A stretch of DNA of 64,000 bases from Flavobacteriales bacterium (lineage in GTDB: Bacteria; Bacteroidota; Bacteroidia; NS11-12g; UBA955), in the NCBI GenBank assembly GCA_002737705.1, contig NSIM01000001.1:66472-130471 (forward strand), written 5' to 3'. The notes below the pieces were generated by a model, which made no database searches, was not told the DNA's origin, and saw nothing but the letters and a program-made list of their open reading frames with translations. Made by a program: the position numbers and the translations under genes. Numbering within the stretch: position 1 is the first letter of the stretch; the number at the start of each line of letters is the position of its first letter. This document shows positions 37,603-47,612 of the stretch, in pieces.

Positions 37603-38574
37603 TTACATACCCAAAACATAGGCAAAAATCAAGGGTACTACGATGGTGGCATCGCTTTCAACGATGAATTTTGGAGTATGGATGTCGAGTTTGCCCCAGG
37701 TAATTTTCTCGTTGGGTACCGCTCCACTATAACTACCATAGGAAGTTGTAGAATCGCTAATCTGACAAAAATAACTCCAAAAAGGTATGCTGGTCATTTC
37801 CATGTCTTGGTATAACATGGGCACCACACAAATTGGGAAATCGCCTGCGATACCCCCACCTATTTGAAAAAATCCTACGCCTTTTCCCCCGCTGTTTTTA
37901 ACATACCAATCGGCCAACCACACCATGTATTCTATGCCTGTTTTCAGAGTAGATGCGTTCAGTTCTCCTTTGATTACATAGCTTGCAAATATGTTGCCCA
38001 TCGTGCTGTCTTCCCATCCAGGAACGACAATGGGAAGGTTGCGCTCTGCAGCCGCCAACATCCAACTGTCTTTGGGATCAATTTCGTAGTATTGTTCTAA
38101 TTCGCCACTGCGTAAAATTTGGTACATATATTCATGGGGAAAATACCTTTCACCTTTGTCTTGGGCACCTTTCCAAATGCCGTGAATGTGTTTTTGCAAT
38201 CGGCGAAAAGCTTCTTCTTCTGGGATGCAGGTATCGGTTACGCGGTTGTAATGATTTTCGAGTAAATCCCATTCGTCCTGTGGACTTAAATCCCGGTAAT
38301 TTGGAACCCTTTTATAGTGTTTGTGTGCAACCAGATTCATGATATCTTCCTCCAAGTTAGCACCAGTACAAGAGATAATGTCTACTTTTCCTTGGCGAAT
38401 CATTTCGGCTAGGCTTTTGCCTAACTCAGCTGTACTCATCGCACCCGCCAGGGTAATCATCATTTTACCTCCCTCGACAAGGTGGGTTTCATAGCCTTTG
38501 GCAGCATCAATTAGGGCTGCAGAATTAAAATGCAAATAATGCTTCTCTATGAATTGTGAAATAGGGCCTTTCAT
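37603..38574 (-). CDS. deoxyhypusine synthase-like protein
   Basis: DHS-family blocks (GAMSTAELGKS, DIISCTGANLEED, C-terminal ITWGKLD...ESDATIVVPLIFAYVL, which matches the eukaryotic DHS C-terminus from memory). Confidence 0.8.
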   Translation of the reverse strand: MKGPISQFIEKHYLHFNSAALIDAAKGYETHLVEGGKMMITLAGAMSTAELGKSLAEMIRQGKVDIISCTGANLEEDIMNLVAHKHYKRVPNYRDLSPQDEWDLLENHYNRVTDTCIPEEEAFRRLQKHIHGIWKGAQDKGERYFPHEYMYQILRSGELEQYYEIDPKDSWMLAAAERNLPIVVPGWEDSTMGNIFASYVIKGELNASTLKTGIEYMVWLADWYVKNSGGKGVGFFQIGGGIAGDFPICVVPMLYQDMEMTSIPFWSYFCQISDSTTSYGSYSGAVPNEKITWGKLDIHTPKFIVESDATIVVPLIFAYVLGM

Positions 38575-38793
38575 ACAAGTTCAAAGATACAAAAATTTGG
38601 GCAGGCCATTGTTAACGGGGGTAAATGCCCATTCATTGTCAACCCCCATAACCCAATCAACCAGAGAACTACCGACACTCCGAAATAAACCGATGTGTGG
38701 ACACTGTTGCAGATAACAATGAGATTACATTGAATTTGCTTGCCCCAATTCAAAATAGAAGGGTGGGAAAATGGAAGTTATCAGAAGCAAACG

Positions 38794-39207
38794 CTATTGC
38801 GATTTAATACCCTGACAGAGTTCTACAAGTACCCCATTGCTTGATTTTGGATGCAAAAATGCAATTAATTTATTGTCTGCACCGCGCCTAGCTTCTGCAT
38901 CGATGGGTTCGAATCCCTGGGTTTGTTTTTCCTGTAATGATTCATTGATGTTTTCGACTTCGAAGGCTATATGGTGCAGTCCTTCACCCCTTTTTTCGAT
39001 ATACTTGGCAATTGTGCTTTGGTCATTGCTCGCAGCAATTAATTCTATTTTGATATCGCCCACTTGAAAAAAAGAGCATACAATGTGTTCGCTTTCAACG
39101 ATCTCTCGCTTATACGGAGAACAGCCCAACAATTTCGTAAATAGCAATTCAGAGTTGTCGAGATTGGCTACAGCGATTCCGATGTGTTCAAGTTTTTTTA
39201 TGCCCAT
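38794..39207 (-). CDS. mce: methylmalonyl-CoA epimerase (VOC/glyoxalase-fold)
   Basis: LEHIGIAV...GLHHIAFEV...GVLVELCQ paired βαβββ motifs typical of MCE. Internal Met start chosen. Confidence 0.7.
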   Translation of the reverse strand: MGIKKLEHIGIAVANLDNSELLFTKLLGCSPYKREIVESEHIVCSFFQVGDIKIELIAASNDQSTIAKYIEKRGEGLHHIAFEVENINESLQEKQTQGFEPIDAEARRGADNKLIAFLHPKSSNGVLVELCQGIKSQ

Positions 39208-39316
39208 AATCACTACAAAGAACATTCTTTTATTAGAAAGATAAAATATTGAAACAATCATTCGTTTTATCACGTAATTTTGCAGTTTAGAAAGTATCTA
39301 AATAACCCATAAAACA

Positions 39317-40531
39317 ATGTTAAAATTACCTGTTTATCTCGACAACAATTCAACCACCCAAGTAGATCCTCGGGTGTTTGATACAATGACACCATATTTC
39401 CTGGAAGTATATGGTAATGCTGCCAGTAAAAGCCATTCTTTTGGTTGGGCTGGTGAAGAAGCAGTTGATTATGCGCGGTGTCAAATTGCAAGCCTAATTG
39501 GGGCCAATGAAAAAGAGATTATTTTTACCAGTGGGGCCACTGAAAGTAATAACCTAGCCATTAAAGGGGTATTCGAAATGTATGCCTCGAAAGGGAATCA
39601 TATTATTACCCTTACCACAGAACACAAGGCTATCTTGGATACTTGTAAACACCTCGAAAAATCTGGGGCTGAGATTAGTTATTTGTCTGTGGCGGAAGAC
39701 GGATTAATTTCCCTAGAAACCCTCGAGGCGGCCATCAAGCCCACAACCATTTTAATTTCAATTATGTTCGGAAACAACGAGTTGGGAGTGGTTCAGCCCA
39801 TTGCTGAAATCGGGGCAATGTGTAAAAAGCACGGTGTATTGTTTCATTCAGACGCAACACAGGCAGTCGGAAAAATTCCAGTGGATGTGTTGACAGACGG
39901 AATTGATTTAATGAGTTTTACGGCCCATAAAATGTATGGTCCAAAGGGTGTTGGAGCCTTGTATGTTCGCCGGAAGAATCCCCGTGTTAAAGTAACAGCC
40001 CAAATGGATGGTGGTGGTCACGAGCGAGGAATGCGCAGTGGAACCCTCAATGTACCGGGTATTGTAGGTTTTGGAAAAGCGTGTGAAATTGCCCGTTTAG
40101 AGATGGCCGATGAATACCTGCGCTTGAAAAAGATGCGTGATCGTTTGGAGGCCGCTTTGTTGTCAATAGAAGAAAGTTATCTCAATGGAAGCAATGAACA
40201 CCGTTTGCCCCACACCTCCAATATCAGTTTTAAATATGTGGAAGGCGAAGGATTGATGATGGGTGTGAAAGACATTGCCGTTTCGAGTGGATCTGCCTGT
40301 ACTTCTGCTTCTTTGGAACCGAGTTATGTGTTAAAAAGTTTGGGCCTAGACGATGAATTGGCCCACAGTTCATTGCGTTTTGGATTGGGGCGTTTTACCA
40401 CCGAAGAGGAAATTGATTTTACCATTAAAACAGTTAAAGAGGCAGTATTTAAACTGCGTGAAATGAGTCCGCTTTGGGAAATGTTCAAAGACGGAATCGA
40501 TCTAAAGTCAATTCAATGGTCCGAACATTAA
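39317..40531 (+). CDS. iscS: cysteine desulfurase IscS/NifS
   Basis: Class-V aminotransferase, PLP-Lys region [17 protein letters not shown], catalytic loop SSGSACTS, C-terminal WSEH. Confidence 0.9.
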   Translation: MLKLPVYLDNNSTTQVDPRVFDTMTPYFLEVYGNAASKSHSFGWAGEEAVDYARCQIASLIGANEKEIIFTSGATESNNLAIKGVFEMYASKGNHIITLTTEHKAILDTCKHLEKSGAEISYLSVAEDGLISLETLEAAIKPTTILISIMFGNNELGVVQPIAEIGAMCKKHGVLFHSDATQAVGKIPVDVLTDGIDLMSFTAHKMYGPKGVGALYVRRKNPRVKVTAQMDGGGHERGMRSGTLNVPGIVGFGKACEIARLEMADEYLRLKKMRDRLEAALLSIEESYLNGSNEHRLPHTSNISFKYVEGEGLMMGVKDIAVSSGSACTSASLEPSYVLKSLGLDDELAHSSLRFGLGRFTTEEEIDFTIKTVKEAVFKLREMSPLWEMFKDGIDLKSIQWSEH

Positions 40532-40589
40532 CCTGTTGTTTATAATCACCCTAAATTGTAACTTTGTAGTAGTTTTTAAAAACATTAAT

Positions 40590-41006
40590 ATGGCATATTC
40601 AGAAAAAGTAATCGATCATTACACCAATCCTAGAAATATTGGGACATTGGATAAATCTCAAAAAACCGTTGGTACAGGATTGGTCGGTGCACCCGAATGT
40701 GGTGATGTGATGCGATTGCAAATCATGGTAAACGAAGAAACCGGGATTATTCAGGATGCCAAGTTCAAGACCTTTGGCTGCGGATCTGCCATCGCTTCAT
40801 CTTCTTTGGCTACCGAATGGCTCAAGGGAAAGTCTATCAACGAGGCCCTGACCATAGACAATATGGATATTGTAGAGGAATTGGCCCTGCCACCTGTAAA
40901 AATTCATTGTTCAGTATTGGCCGAAGATGCCATCCGTTCTGCCATCAATGACTACCGCTCAAAGAATGGTTTAGAACCTCTGGTGAGCGAAAAAACGCAC
41001 TACTAA
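40590..41006 (+). CDS. iscU: Fe-S cluster scaffold IscU/NifU
   Basis: MAYSEKVIDHYTNPRNIG, GAPECGDVMRLQI, KFKTFGCGSAIASSS, IHCSVLAEDAI (three Cys + LPPVK motif). Internal start used. Confidence 0.85.
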   Translation: MAYSEKVIDHYTNPRNIGTLDKSQKTVGTGLVGAPECGDVMRLQIMVNEETGIIQDAKFKTFGCGSAIASSSLATEWLKGKSINEALTIDNMDIVEELALPPVKIHCSVLAEDAIRSAINDYRSKNGLEPLVSEKTHY

Positions 41007-41017
41007 TAACAACATCC

Positions 41018-41365
41018 ATGATTGCCCAAGGAAATGAAATTCTGATTACAGACAAGGCGTTAACAAAAGCGTATAGTTTAATGAGAGAAACCAATATTTC
41101 TTCTCCTGAGTATTTTTTGCGTGTGGGTGTTAAGGGTGGAGGTTGTTCAGGACTCACCTATGAATTGGATTTTGACAATGAGATCAAAGCTGGAGACATG
41201 AATTTTGGTGATGAGCGGTTAAAAATTATATGTGATATGAAGAGTTTCTTGTATTTGTGTGGAACAGAACTCGATTTTTCTGATGGATTAAATGGGAATG
41301 GATTCAATTTCATCAATCCGAATGCTTCCCGCACTTGTGGATGTGGAGAGAGTTTTTCCATTTAA
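41018..41365 (+). CDS. iscA: HesB/IscA-family Fe-S cluster insertion protein
   Basis: 115 aa. GGGCSGLTYELDFD and C-terminal CGCGESF signature. Confidence 0.8.
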   Translation: MIAQGNEILITDKALTKAYSLMRETNISSPEYFLRVGVKGGGCSGLTYELDFDNEIKAGDMNFGDERLKIICDMKSFLYLCGTELDFSDGLNGNGFNFINPNASRTCGCGESFSI

Positions 41366-41523
41366 TTTTTTTGGGAATCACCGGGGGCAAAATTTTTTTC
41401 TCTCAAACAAGCGCACAACGCACACAAACAGATTCGGTAAATAATTCCGGCAACCTTCAATTTACTGGGTACCCAAGAATTTCAATTAAACCCCTAGATC
41501 ACGCAAATTCTTTTGGAAAGCAC

Positions 41524-41751
41524 ATGACCAAATTCAAGGAACAAATTATCATTCATACCCCCTATATTCAACTCAATCAAGCGCTGAAGCTATTGGGATG
41601 GGCGGACAATGGTGGAATCGCCAACGAGTTCATTACGCAAGGTTTGGTTGTTGTGGATGGTGTCGTTGAATACCGCAAACGCAACAAACTTTTTCCGGAT
41701 GCATGCATAGAATTCGATGGCAAAAAAGCCATTGTTATGGCCCGATTGTAA
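41524..41751 (+). CDS. S4-domain RNA-binding protein (YbcJ-like), ~75 aa
   Basis: IQLNQALKLLGWADNGGIANEFITQGLVVVDGVV...RKRNKL matches the small S4-like YbcJ family. Internal start chosen; the 5' part of the ORF call overlaps iscA. Confidence 0.5.
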   Translation: MTKFKEQIIIHTPYIQLNQALKLLGWADNGGIANEFITQGLVVVDGVVEYRKRNKLFPDACIEFDGKKAIVMARL

Positions 41752-41768
41752 TCTTGGAACAAAGTTAA

Positions 41769-44372
41769 TTATACCACTACATTCACAATTCGCCCCTTTA
41801 CAAGTATGAATTTCTTCATGGGTTTGCCTGCCATCCATTTAACAACCATCGCATGGCCCAAAACAGCAGCCTGAATTTCATCTTCTGAGGCATTGAGATC
41901 GAATTCGATTTGCGCCCTTGTTTTGCCGTTGATACCAATGGGATAGGCAAAGTAATCTTCTGTTAAATACCCAGAATCATGCATTGGCCACTGGGTGGTA
42001 TGTATGCTCATCGAATCAATGCGTTTGTCATTACTAGAACCTGAATTACCCAAGCGATGCCATAGTTCTTCGCTTAGATATGGGGTGAAAGGGGCCAACA
42101 ATACCAACATGGGCTCAAGTATTTCTCGCTTGCGAGATTGAAGACCAGTAAGTTCGTTGACGGCAACCATAAAGGCCGATATTGAGGTGTTGAAACTCAA
42201 ATTTTCAATATCATCGCTTATTTTTTTAATGGTTTTATGTAAAATTTTTAATTCTTCTTTGGTGGCAGGAATATCGGTAACCGCCCAGTTTTCTCCATGG
42301 TAAAATAGTCTCCAAAATTTGCCAAAGAAGCGACTTACTCCTTCGATACCTTGTGTATTCCAGGGTTTTGAATCGGTAATAGGTCCTAAAAACATTTCAT
42401 ACATTCGCAGCGCATCCGCCCCGTATGCAGCACAAACATCATCGGGATTAACAACATTTCCCCAACGCTTGCTCATTTTTTGCCCGTCCTCACCCAAAAT
42501 CATTCCCTGATTTACCAAGCGTTGAAAGGGTTCATCCCATGCGATAAAACCCAAATCAAATAAGAATTTTGTCCAGAACCGGCTGTAGAGTAGGTGTCCT
42601 GTTGCATGTTCACTTCCTCCGATATACAAGTCTACTTGATTCCAATAGTGTAGTGCTTCTTTTGAGGCAAAATCTTGCGGATTGTTTGGATCTGTATATC
42701 GAAGAAAGTACCAGCTGCTTCCCGCCCAACCAGGCATGGTATCAGTTTCCCGAATGCCCTTGGGAGTATTGACCCACTGGGTGAGTGCAGAGAGTGGACT
42801 TTTTCCGTTCCCTGTGGGCTTATAGATTTCGACAGAGGGTAATTCTACAGGCAATGATTCCAGTATCGAGGGAATGCCTTGGGCATCATATACCAGGGGA
42901 AACGGTTCTCCCCAATACCGCTGACGTCCAAAACCCGCTTCGCGCAATTTGTAATGTACGGTTGTCTTTCCCCATCCGGCTTTTACAATTTTGGCAGTGG
43001 CAGCGGAAATGGCGTCAGCCACCGATAATCCATCCAAAAACCCGCTGTTGAAACACGTTCCTTCTTTTGCAGAGAAAGCTTCTGTGAGGGGCAAATCCAA
43101 TTCCGAATGCGCAGGTTTTATGACAGGGATGATGGGTAGATTAAAGGATTTTGCGAAAGCAAAATCCCTCTCGTCATGGGCGGGTACCGCCATGATTACG
43201 CCGGTTCCATAATTGGCCAATACATACTCTCCTACATAAATTGGAATGGGTTCTCCGGTAAAAGGATTGATGGCTTCCAATCCAGTAAATACCCCAGTTT
43301 TATGGGTTTCAGCCATTCGTTCTATTTCACTTCTATTGCGCGACTTGTTTGCGTATGCAGACACCGAAGGCCAATTTTTTTCCGTGCAGAATTCGCTAAG
43401 ATTTTCCAATTCTGGAGCCACGACCATAAAGGTTGCGCCAAATATTGTGTCGGGTCTTGTCGTGAAAACACGCAAGGTTTTGAGTGTACCTCGAACGACA
43501 AACTCAATCTCTGCTCCCTGGCTTTTTCCTATCCAATTCCGTTGAATTTCTTTAATGGCATTGCTCCATTCGATTCGATTTAATCCCTCGATTAACCGAT
43601 CAGCATAGGCGGTGATACGCAAGCTCCATTGCTTCATTTTTTTTCGTATCACAGGGTGTTCGCCCCTTTCGCTCAGTCCATTTACAACTTCTTCATTTGC
43701 CAATATGCTTCCCATCGCTTCACACCAGTTGACGGTGGTTTCATCCATGAAGGCCAAGCGGCATTGGTTCAGAATTTCGTGTTTTTGAAGGGGAGAAAAA
43801 GCGCGCCATTGGGCTGCTGAAAAAGGCGTAAAATCGCCAGGGTATACACAACTATTTTTGCTGCCATGGACAGAAAAATGCTGTTCTAACTCCTTGATAG
43901 GCTTGGCTTTTTGTGCTAGAGTATCATACCAATGATTGAAAAATAGGGAAAATATCCATTGGGTAAATTTATAATAATTGGGATCGCAGGTTTTTACTTC
44001 TCGTGTCCAATCAAAAGAAAAACCCATTGTATTGAGTTGTTCCCTGAATCGTTTTATATTCTGTTCGGTAGTTATGGCAGGATGTTGCCCAGTTTGTATT
44101 GCATATTGCTCTGCAGGCAGTCCAAAAGCATCATATCCCATGGGATGCAAAACGTTAAAACCCTTTAAGCGTTTATAACGGGCCACAATGTCACTGGCGA
44201 TATATCCGAGGGGATGTCCGACGTGTAAACCACTTCCAGAGGGGTATGGAAACATGTCTAGCACATAGTATTTGGGCTTATTGGGGTCAATTTCTATTTT
44301 GTATAATTCGCTTTTTTCCCAAGCCAATCGCCATTTTTTTTCTATATCCGAGAATTGGTATTGTGAAGACAT
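41769..44372 (-). CDS. leuS: leucyl-tRNA synthetase
   Basis: HVGHPLGY (HIGH) and KMSKRWGN (KMSKS) class-I motifs. Editing (CP1) domain and anticodon-binding domain present. Confidence 0.9.
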   Translation of the reverse strand: MSSQYQFSDIEKKWRLAWEKSELYKIEIDPNKPKYYVLDMFPYPSGSGLHVGHPLGYIASDIVARYKRLKGFNVLHPMGYDAFGLPAEQYAIQTGQHPAITTEQNIKRFREQLNTMGFSFDWTREVKTCDPNYYKFTQWIFSLFFNHWYDTLAQKAKPIKELEQHFSVHGSKNSCVYPGDFTPFSAAQWRAFSPLQKHEILNQCRLAFMDETTVNWCEAMGSILANEEVVNGLSERGEHPVIRKKMKQWSLRITAYADRLIEGLNRIEWSNAIKEIQRNWIGKSQGAEIEFVVRGTLKTLRVFTTRPDTIFGATFMVVAPELENLSEFCTEKNWPSVSAYANKSRNRSEIERMAETHKTGVFTGLEAINPFTGEPIPIYVGEYVLANYGTGVIMAVPAHDERDFAFAKSFNLPIIPVIKPAHSELDLPLTEAFSAKEGTCFNSGFLDGLSVADAISAATAKIVKAGWGKTTVHYKLREAGFGRQRYWGEPFPLVYDAQGIPSILESLPVELPSVEIYKPTGNGKSPLSALTQWVNTPKGIRETDTMPGWAGSSWYFLRYTDPNNPQDFASKEALHYWNQVDLYIGGSEHATGHLLYSRFWTKFLFDLGFIAWDEPFQRLVNQGMILGEDGQKMSKRWGNVVNPDDVCAAYGADALRMYEMFLGPITDSKPWNTQGIEGVSRFFGKFWRLFYHGENWAVTDIPATKEELKILHKTIKKISDDIENLSFNTSISAFMVAVNELTGLQSRKREILEPMLVLLAPFTPYLSEELWHRLGNSGSSNDKRIDSMSIHTTQWPMHDSGYLTEDYFAYPIGINGKTRAQIEFDLNASEDEIQAAVLGHAMVVKWMAGKPMKKFILVKGRIVNVVV

Positions 44373-44430
44373 ACAGGTTACGGATGCGAAAATACAATAG
44401 ATGGGGGTTTTTTAACGACCTTTGTAGACA

Positions 44431-45426
44431 ATGGCTGACAGCAATTTTATTGATTATGTGAAGATTTGCTGCAGAAGTGGCAGCGGGGGCCCAGGAAGCA
44501 GACATTATAATCGAACAAAGATTAATCCCCGGGGGGGTCCGGATGGTGGTGACGGCGGAAAGGGTGGTGACATCATTCTTCAGGGCAATACCCAATTGTG
44601 GACCTTATTACACCTTAAATACCGCAAACATGTTTTGGCAACAGATGGCATTGCTGGAAGTGAAAATCGAAGTTCTGGAGCCTATGGAGATTCTATTGTT
44701 TTGGAAGTTCCTTTGGGCACTGTTGCCAAAGATGCAGAAACGGGCGAAGTGTTTTTTGAAATCACCGAAGAAGGAGAAAAAAAGGTATTGGTTCCCGGTG
44801 GACGTGGAGGACTCGGCAATTGTCATTTTGCAAACAGTGTAAACCAATCCCCTCAATATGCCCAACCAGGTGAAACGGGTATTGAACGTTGGATTGTATT
44901 GGAGCTTAAAGTATTGGCCGATGTGGGATTGGTTGGATTTCCCAATGTAGGAAAGAGTACTTTATTGAGTGTTATTTCTGCAGCAAAACCCGAGATTGCC
45001 GATTATCCTTTTACAACACTTGTCCCCAATTTGGGAGTCGTAAATTACCGTGATTACCGCAGTTTTATTGTTGCTGATATTCCTGGAATTATTGAAGGAG
45101 CCAGCAAAGGGAAGGGTTTGGGGCATCGTTTTTTACGGCATATTGAGCGAAATGCAGCCCTGTTATTTTTATTGCCTGCAGACAGTGCAGACCATCGAAA
45201 AGAATACCAAACGCTCTTGAGTGAGTTGGAGAAATTTAACCCGGAATTACTCATCAAACAACGCATTGTAGCCGTCAGTAAAAGCGATATGTTAGACGAT
45301 GAATTACAGGCCGAAATTCGCCTACAACTTGATGGGATACCCATCGTATTTTTTAGTGCAGTAACTGAACAAGGAATTGCCGAATTATTGGATGTGCTCT
45401 GGAAAACGGTTTCCCAGGATGATTGA
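44431..45426 (+). CDS. obgE: GTPase Obg/CgtA
   Basis: Gly-rich Obg fold N-terminus (GGxGGxGG repeats), G-domain GFPNVGKSTL, DIPGIIEGA. Confidence 0.9.
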   Translation: MADSNFIDYVKICCRSGSGGPGSRHYNRTKINPRGGPDGGDGGKGGDIILQGNTQLWTLLHLKYRKHVLATDGIAGSENRSSGAYGDSIVLEVPLGTVAKDAETGEVFFEITEEGEKKVLVPGGRGGLGNCHFANSVNQSPQYAQPGETGIERWIVLELKVLADVGLVGFPNVGKSTLLSVISAAKPEIADYPFTTLVPNLGVVNYRDYRSFIVADIPGIIEGASKGKGLGHRFLRHIERNAALLFLLPADSADHRKEYQTLLSELEKFNPELLIKQRIVAVSKSDMLDDELQAEIRLQLDGIPIVFFSAVTEQGIAELLDVLWKTVSQDD

Positions 45427-45478
45427 AAACTTGAGATTTGTGTGTATTTTTGAAGACCGTACCCAAAATTAAACAATC

Positions 45479-47608
45479 ATGAAAATAGTTATTGCAACAA
45501 CCCTGGTATTTGGATTGTTTTTATCCAATCTTTTTTCGCAGGTAAGTACCAGCCAAAAGGAATCTTTCCAAAGCGCAAAACCCTTTGTTTTTAGTATCAA
45601 TGAAGACAAAGTGTATGCCGATGAATTTAAGCGACAATTTCTAAAAAATATTAATCCAAAAGAAGATCCCATAAGCCAAGCAGACATCAGCAATTACCTC
45701 GATTTGTATATCAAGTTCAAACTCAAGGTAAAAGACTCCAAAGATGCTGGACTAGATACTGCAACAGCCTATGTGCAGGAATTGCAAATGTACCGAGACC
45801 AATTGGCGCGTAATTATTTATACGATAGGGCGGTTACAGAAACACTCATTAAGGAAGCCTATGATCGCATGAAATTCGAATTTCGGGTTTCACATATTTT
45901 GGTTCTGCTAGCACCCGATGCTCCAGAATCCGATCAAAAGAAAGCCTTAGAAAAAATCGAAGCCATTCAACGAATGTTGGCAAAACAGCCATCAGCCGAA
46001 AATTTTGGCGAAATCGCCCGCACCGAATCGGAAGATGTTGGAACCAAAAACAATGGGGGTGATTTGGGGTATTTAACAGCCCTTCAGGTTGTCTATGAAT
46101 TTGAAAATCAGGCATACAAAACCCCAGTGGGAGAATTCTCAGAAGTATTTAAAACAGATTTTGGGTATCATATCTTGTTTGTTACCGATAAAAGATTGAA
46201 CCGTGGAGATATCAAAGTAAACCATATTCTGATTCGCGTAATGAATAAAGATGAAAATACCGATTCCGAAGCCAAAAAGAAAATAGACGAGATAGCGGCT
46301 AGTATTAGTTCTGGAAAGGAAACATTTGACAATATGGCCCGGACCAACAGTGAGGATTATAATAGCCGTTATAATGGAGGACAAATGGACTATATGAATG
46401 TTACGCAGTTTGTGGGTGATTTGGATCGCCAATATTGGATAAGTCAAGCCTTTGGATTGAAAAAAGATGGAGAAATAACAGAGCCTTTTCGTACAAATTA
46501 TGGGTGGCATTTACTGCAAAGAGTTGCCGTCAAGCCTATTGGGTCTTTTGAAGACAATGAATTAAAAGCCCTTTTAAAAACGGAGGTTCAGAAAAACCAA
46601 CGCTCTCAAATTTCCATCGATTCATTGGTGGTAAAAATCAAAAAGCAGAATAAATTCATCCTCAACCCAACGACCATTGATATTGTGCTTTCGTATTTAG
46701 ACAGCAATTTCATGAAAGGAAAATTTGATGAAACACGGATGCCCGAAATACATACTCTTGCTATTGGGTCGGGTAAGAAAGCAACCAAAACCCAATTTAA
46801 TTTGCGAAAAATGGAAGTGTTTAATTTGGGGGGAGAGGAATTTTCTGTTGCCGATTTGTTCATTCAATTATCCTACAATACGAAGCCCATTACAGGAAGC
46901 AAAAAAGAGGGCTTAAGCAAAATTGTTGATGCGTGGATTAATCAATCATGCGTGGAATATCAAAATCTTCACCTAGAAGAGAAGTCGCTAGAATTCAAAG
47001 ATATTTACCAAGAATATAAAGAAGGAATTTTGATGTTTAACCGCATGCAGGAATTGGTATGGGATCGTGCAAATACGGATTCTGTGGGATTAGAAAAATA
47101 TTTTGTAGAACACCAGTCTGCCTATGTATGGGGCAATCGGTTTGATGTGGAAGTCTATTTCTGCAATGATGCCAAGATGATGAAATCCGTTGCAAAAGGC
47201 GTTAAGAAAGGTTTGTCAGCCGACAGTTTACGACGGCAGTATACCAAGAAAAATATTTTGGATTTTTCTTCCCGCATGGGAAAATATGAAATCAGTGATA
47301 CGTTTTTATTTGCACCATCGAAGGTTTTGAATATATTGTTTGAGGATGCATCCTCCCCTAATTCCAAATACAAAAAACCCGGCATCTATTCTATGGGACA
47401 GGTTGCAGATGATTTTGTGGTCTTGAAGGTCAAAAGATTTTCAGCTCCCAGCCCCAAATTATTGGATGAAACGCGGGGACCGCTTGCATCAAAATACCAA
47501 GAGCAATTAGAAAAAGAATGGATTGAATCATTGAAGAATAGGTATACTATTTATATTGACAAATCGGTTTTACAATCATTGCAAGACGAATTGGTTAATA
47601 CCAAATAA
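45479..47608 (+). CDS. SurA-like periplasmic peptidyl-prolyl isomerase (two parvulin domains)
   Basis: Signal peptide, two PpiC/parvulin blocks (RVSHILVLL...GGDLGY; KVNHILIRV...GGQMDY). Confidence 0.7.
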   Translation: MKIVIATTLVFGLFLSNLFSQVSTSQKESFQSAKPFVFSINEDKVYADEFKRQFLKNINPKEDPISQADISNYLDLYIKFKLKVKDSKDAGLDTATAYVQELQMYRDQLARNYLYDRAVTETLIKEAYDRMKFEFRVSHILVLLAPDAPESDQKKALEKIEAIQRMLAKQPSAENFGEIARTESEDVGTKNNGGDLGYLTALQVVYEFENQAYKTPVGEFSEVFKTDFGYHILFVTDKRLNRGDIKVNHILIRVMNKDENTDSEAKKKIDEIAASISSGKETFDNMARTNSEDYNSRYNGGQMDYMNVTQFVGDLDRQYWISQAFGLKKDGEITEPFRTNYGWHLLQRVAVKPIGSFEDNELKALLKTEVQKNQRSQISIDSLVVKIKKQNKFILNPTTIDIVLSYLDSNFMKGKFDETRMPEIHTLAIGSGKKATKTQFNLRKMEVFNLGGEEFSVADLFIQLSYNTKPITGSKKEGLSKIVDAWINQSCVEYQNLHLEEKSLEFKDIYQEYKEGILMFNRMQELVWDRANTDSVGLEKYFVEHQSAYVWGNRFDVEVYFCNDAKMMKSVAKGVKKGLSADSLRRQYTKKNILDFSSRMGKYEISDTFLFAPSKVLNILFEDASSPNSKYKKPGIYSMGQVADDFVVLKVKRFSAPSPKLLDETRGPLASKYQEQLEKEWIESLKNRYTIYIDKSVLQSLQDELVNTK

Positions 47609-47612
47609 GAAA

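Noticed and set aside
37567-37815. 82-aa + strand ORF with β-barrel-like alternating sequence (GYYDGGIAFNDEFWSMDV...)
   Set aside because: It lies antisense to the conserved C-terminal 70 residues of the DHS-like gene, whose end matches eukaryotic DHS. It is most likely a shadow ORF.
44525-44531. G7 tract in obg as a possible phase-variation site
   Set aside because: The gene is housekeeping and the tract encodes Gly-Gly. It shows that G-runs in this genome are ordinary GGG codon usage, which lowers the weight of the tract in the surface-protein gene.
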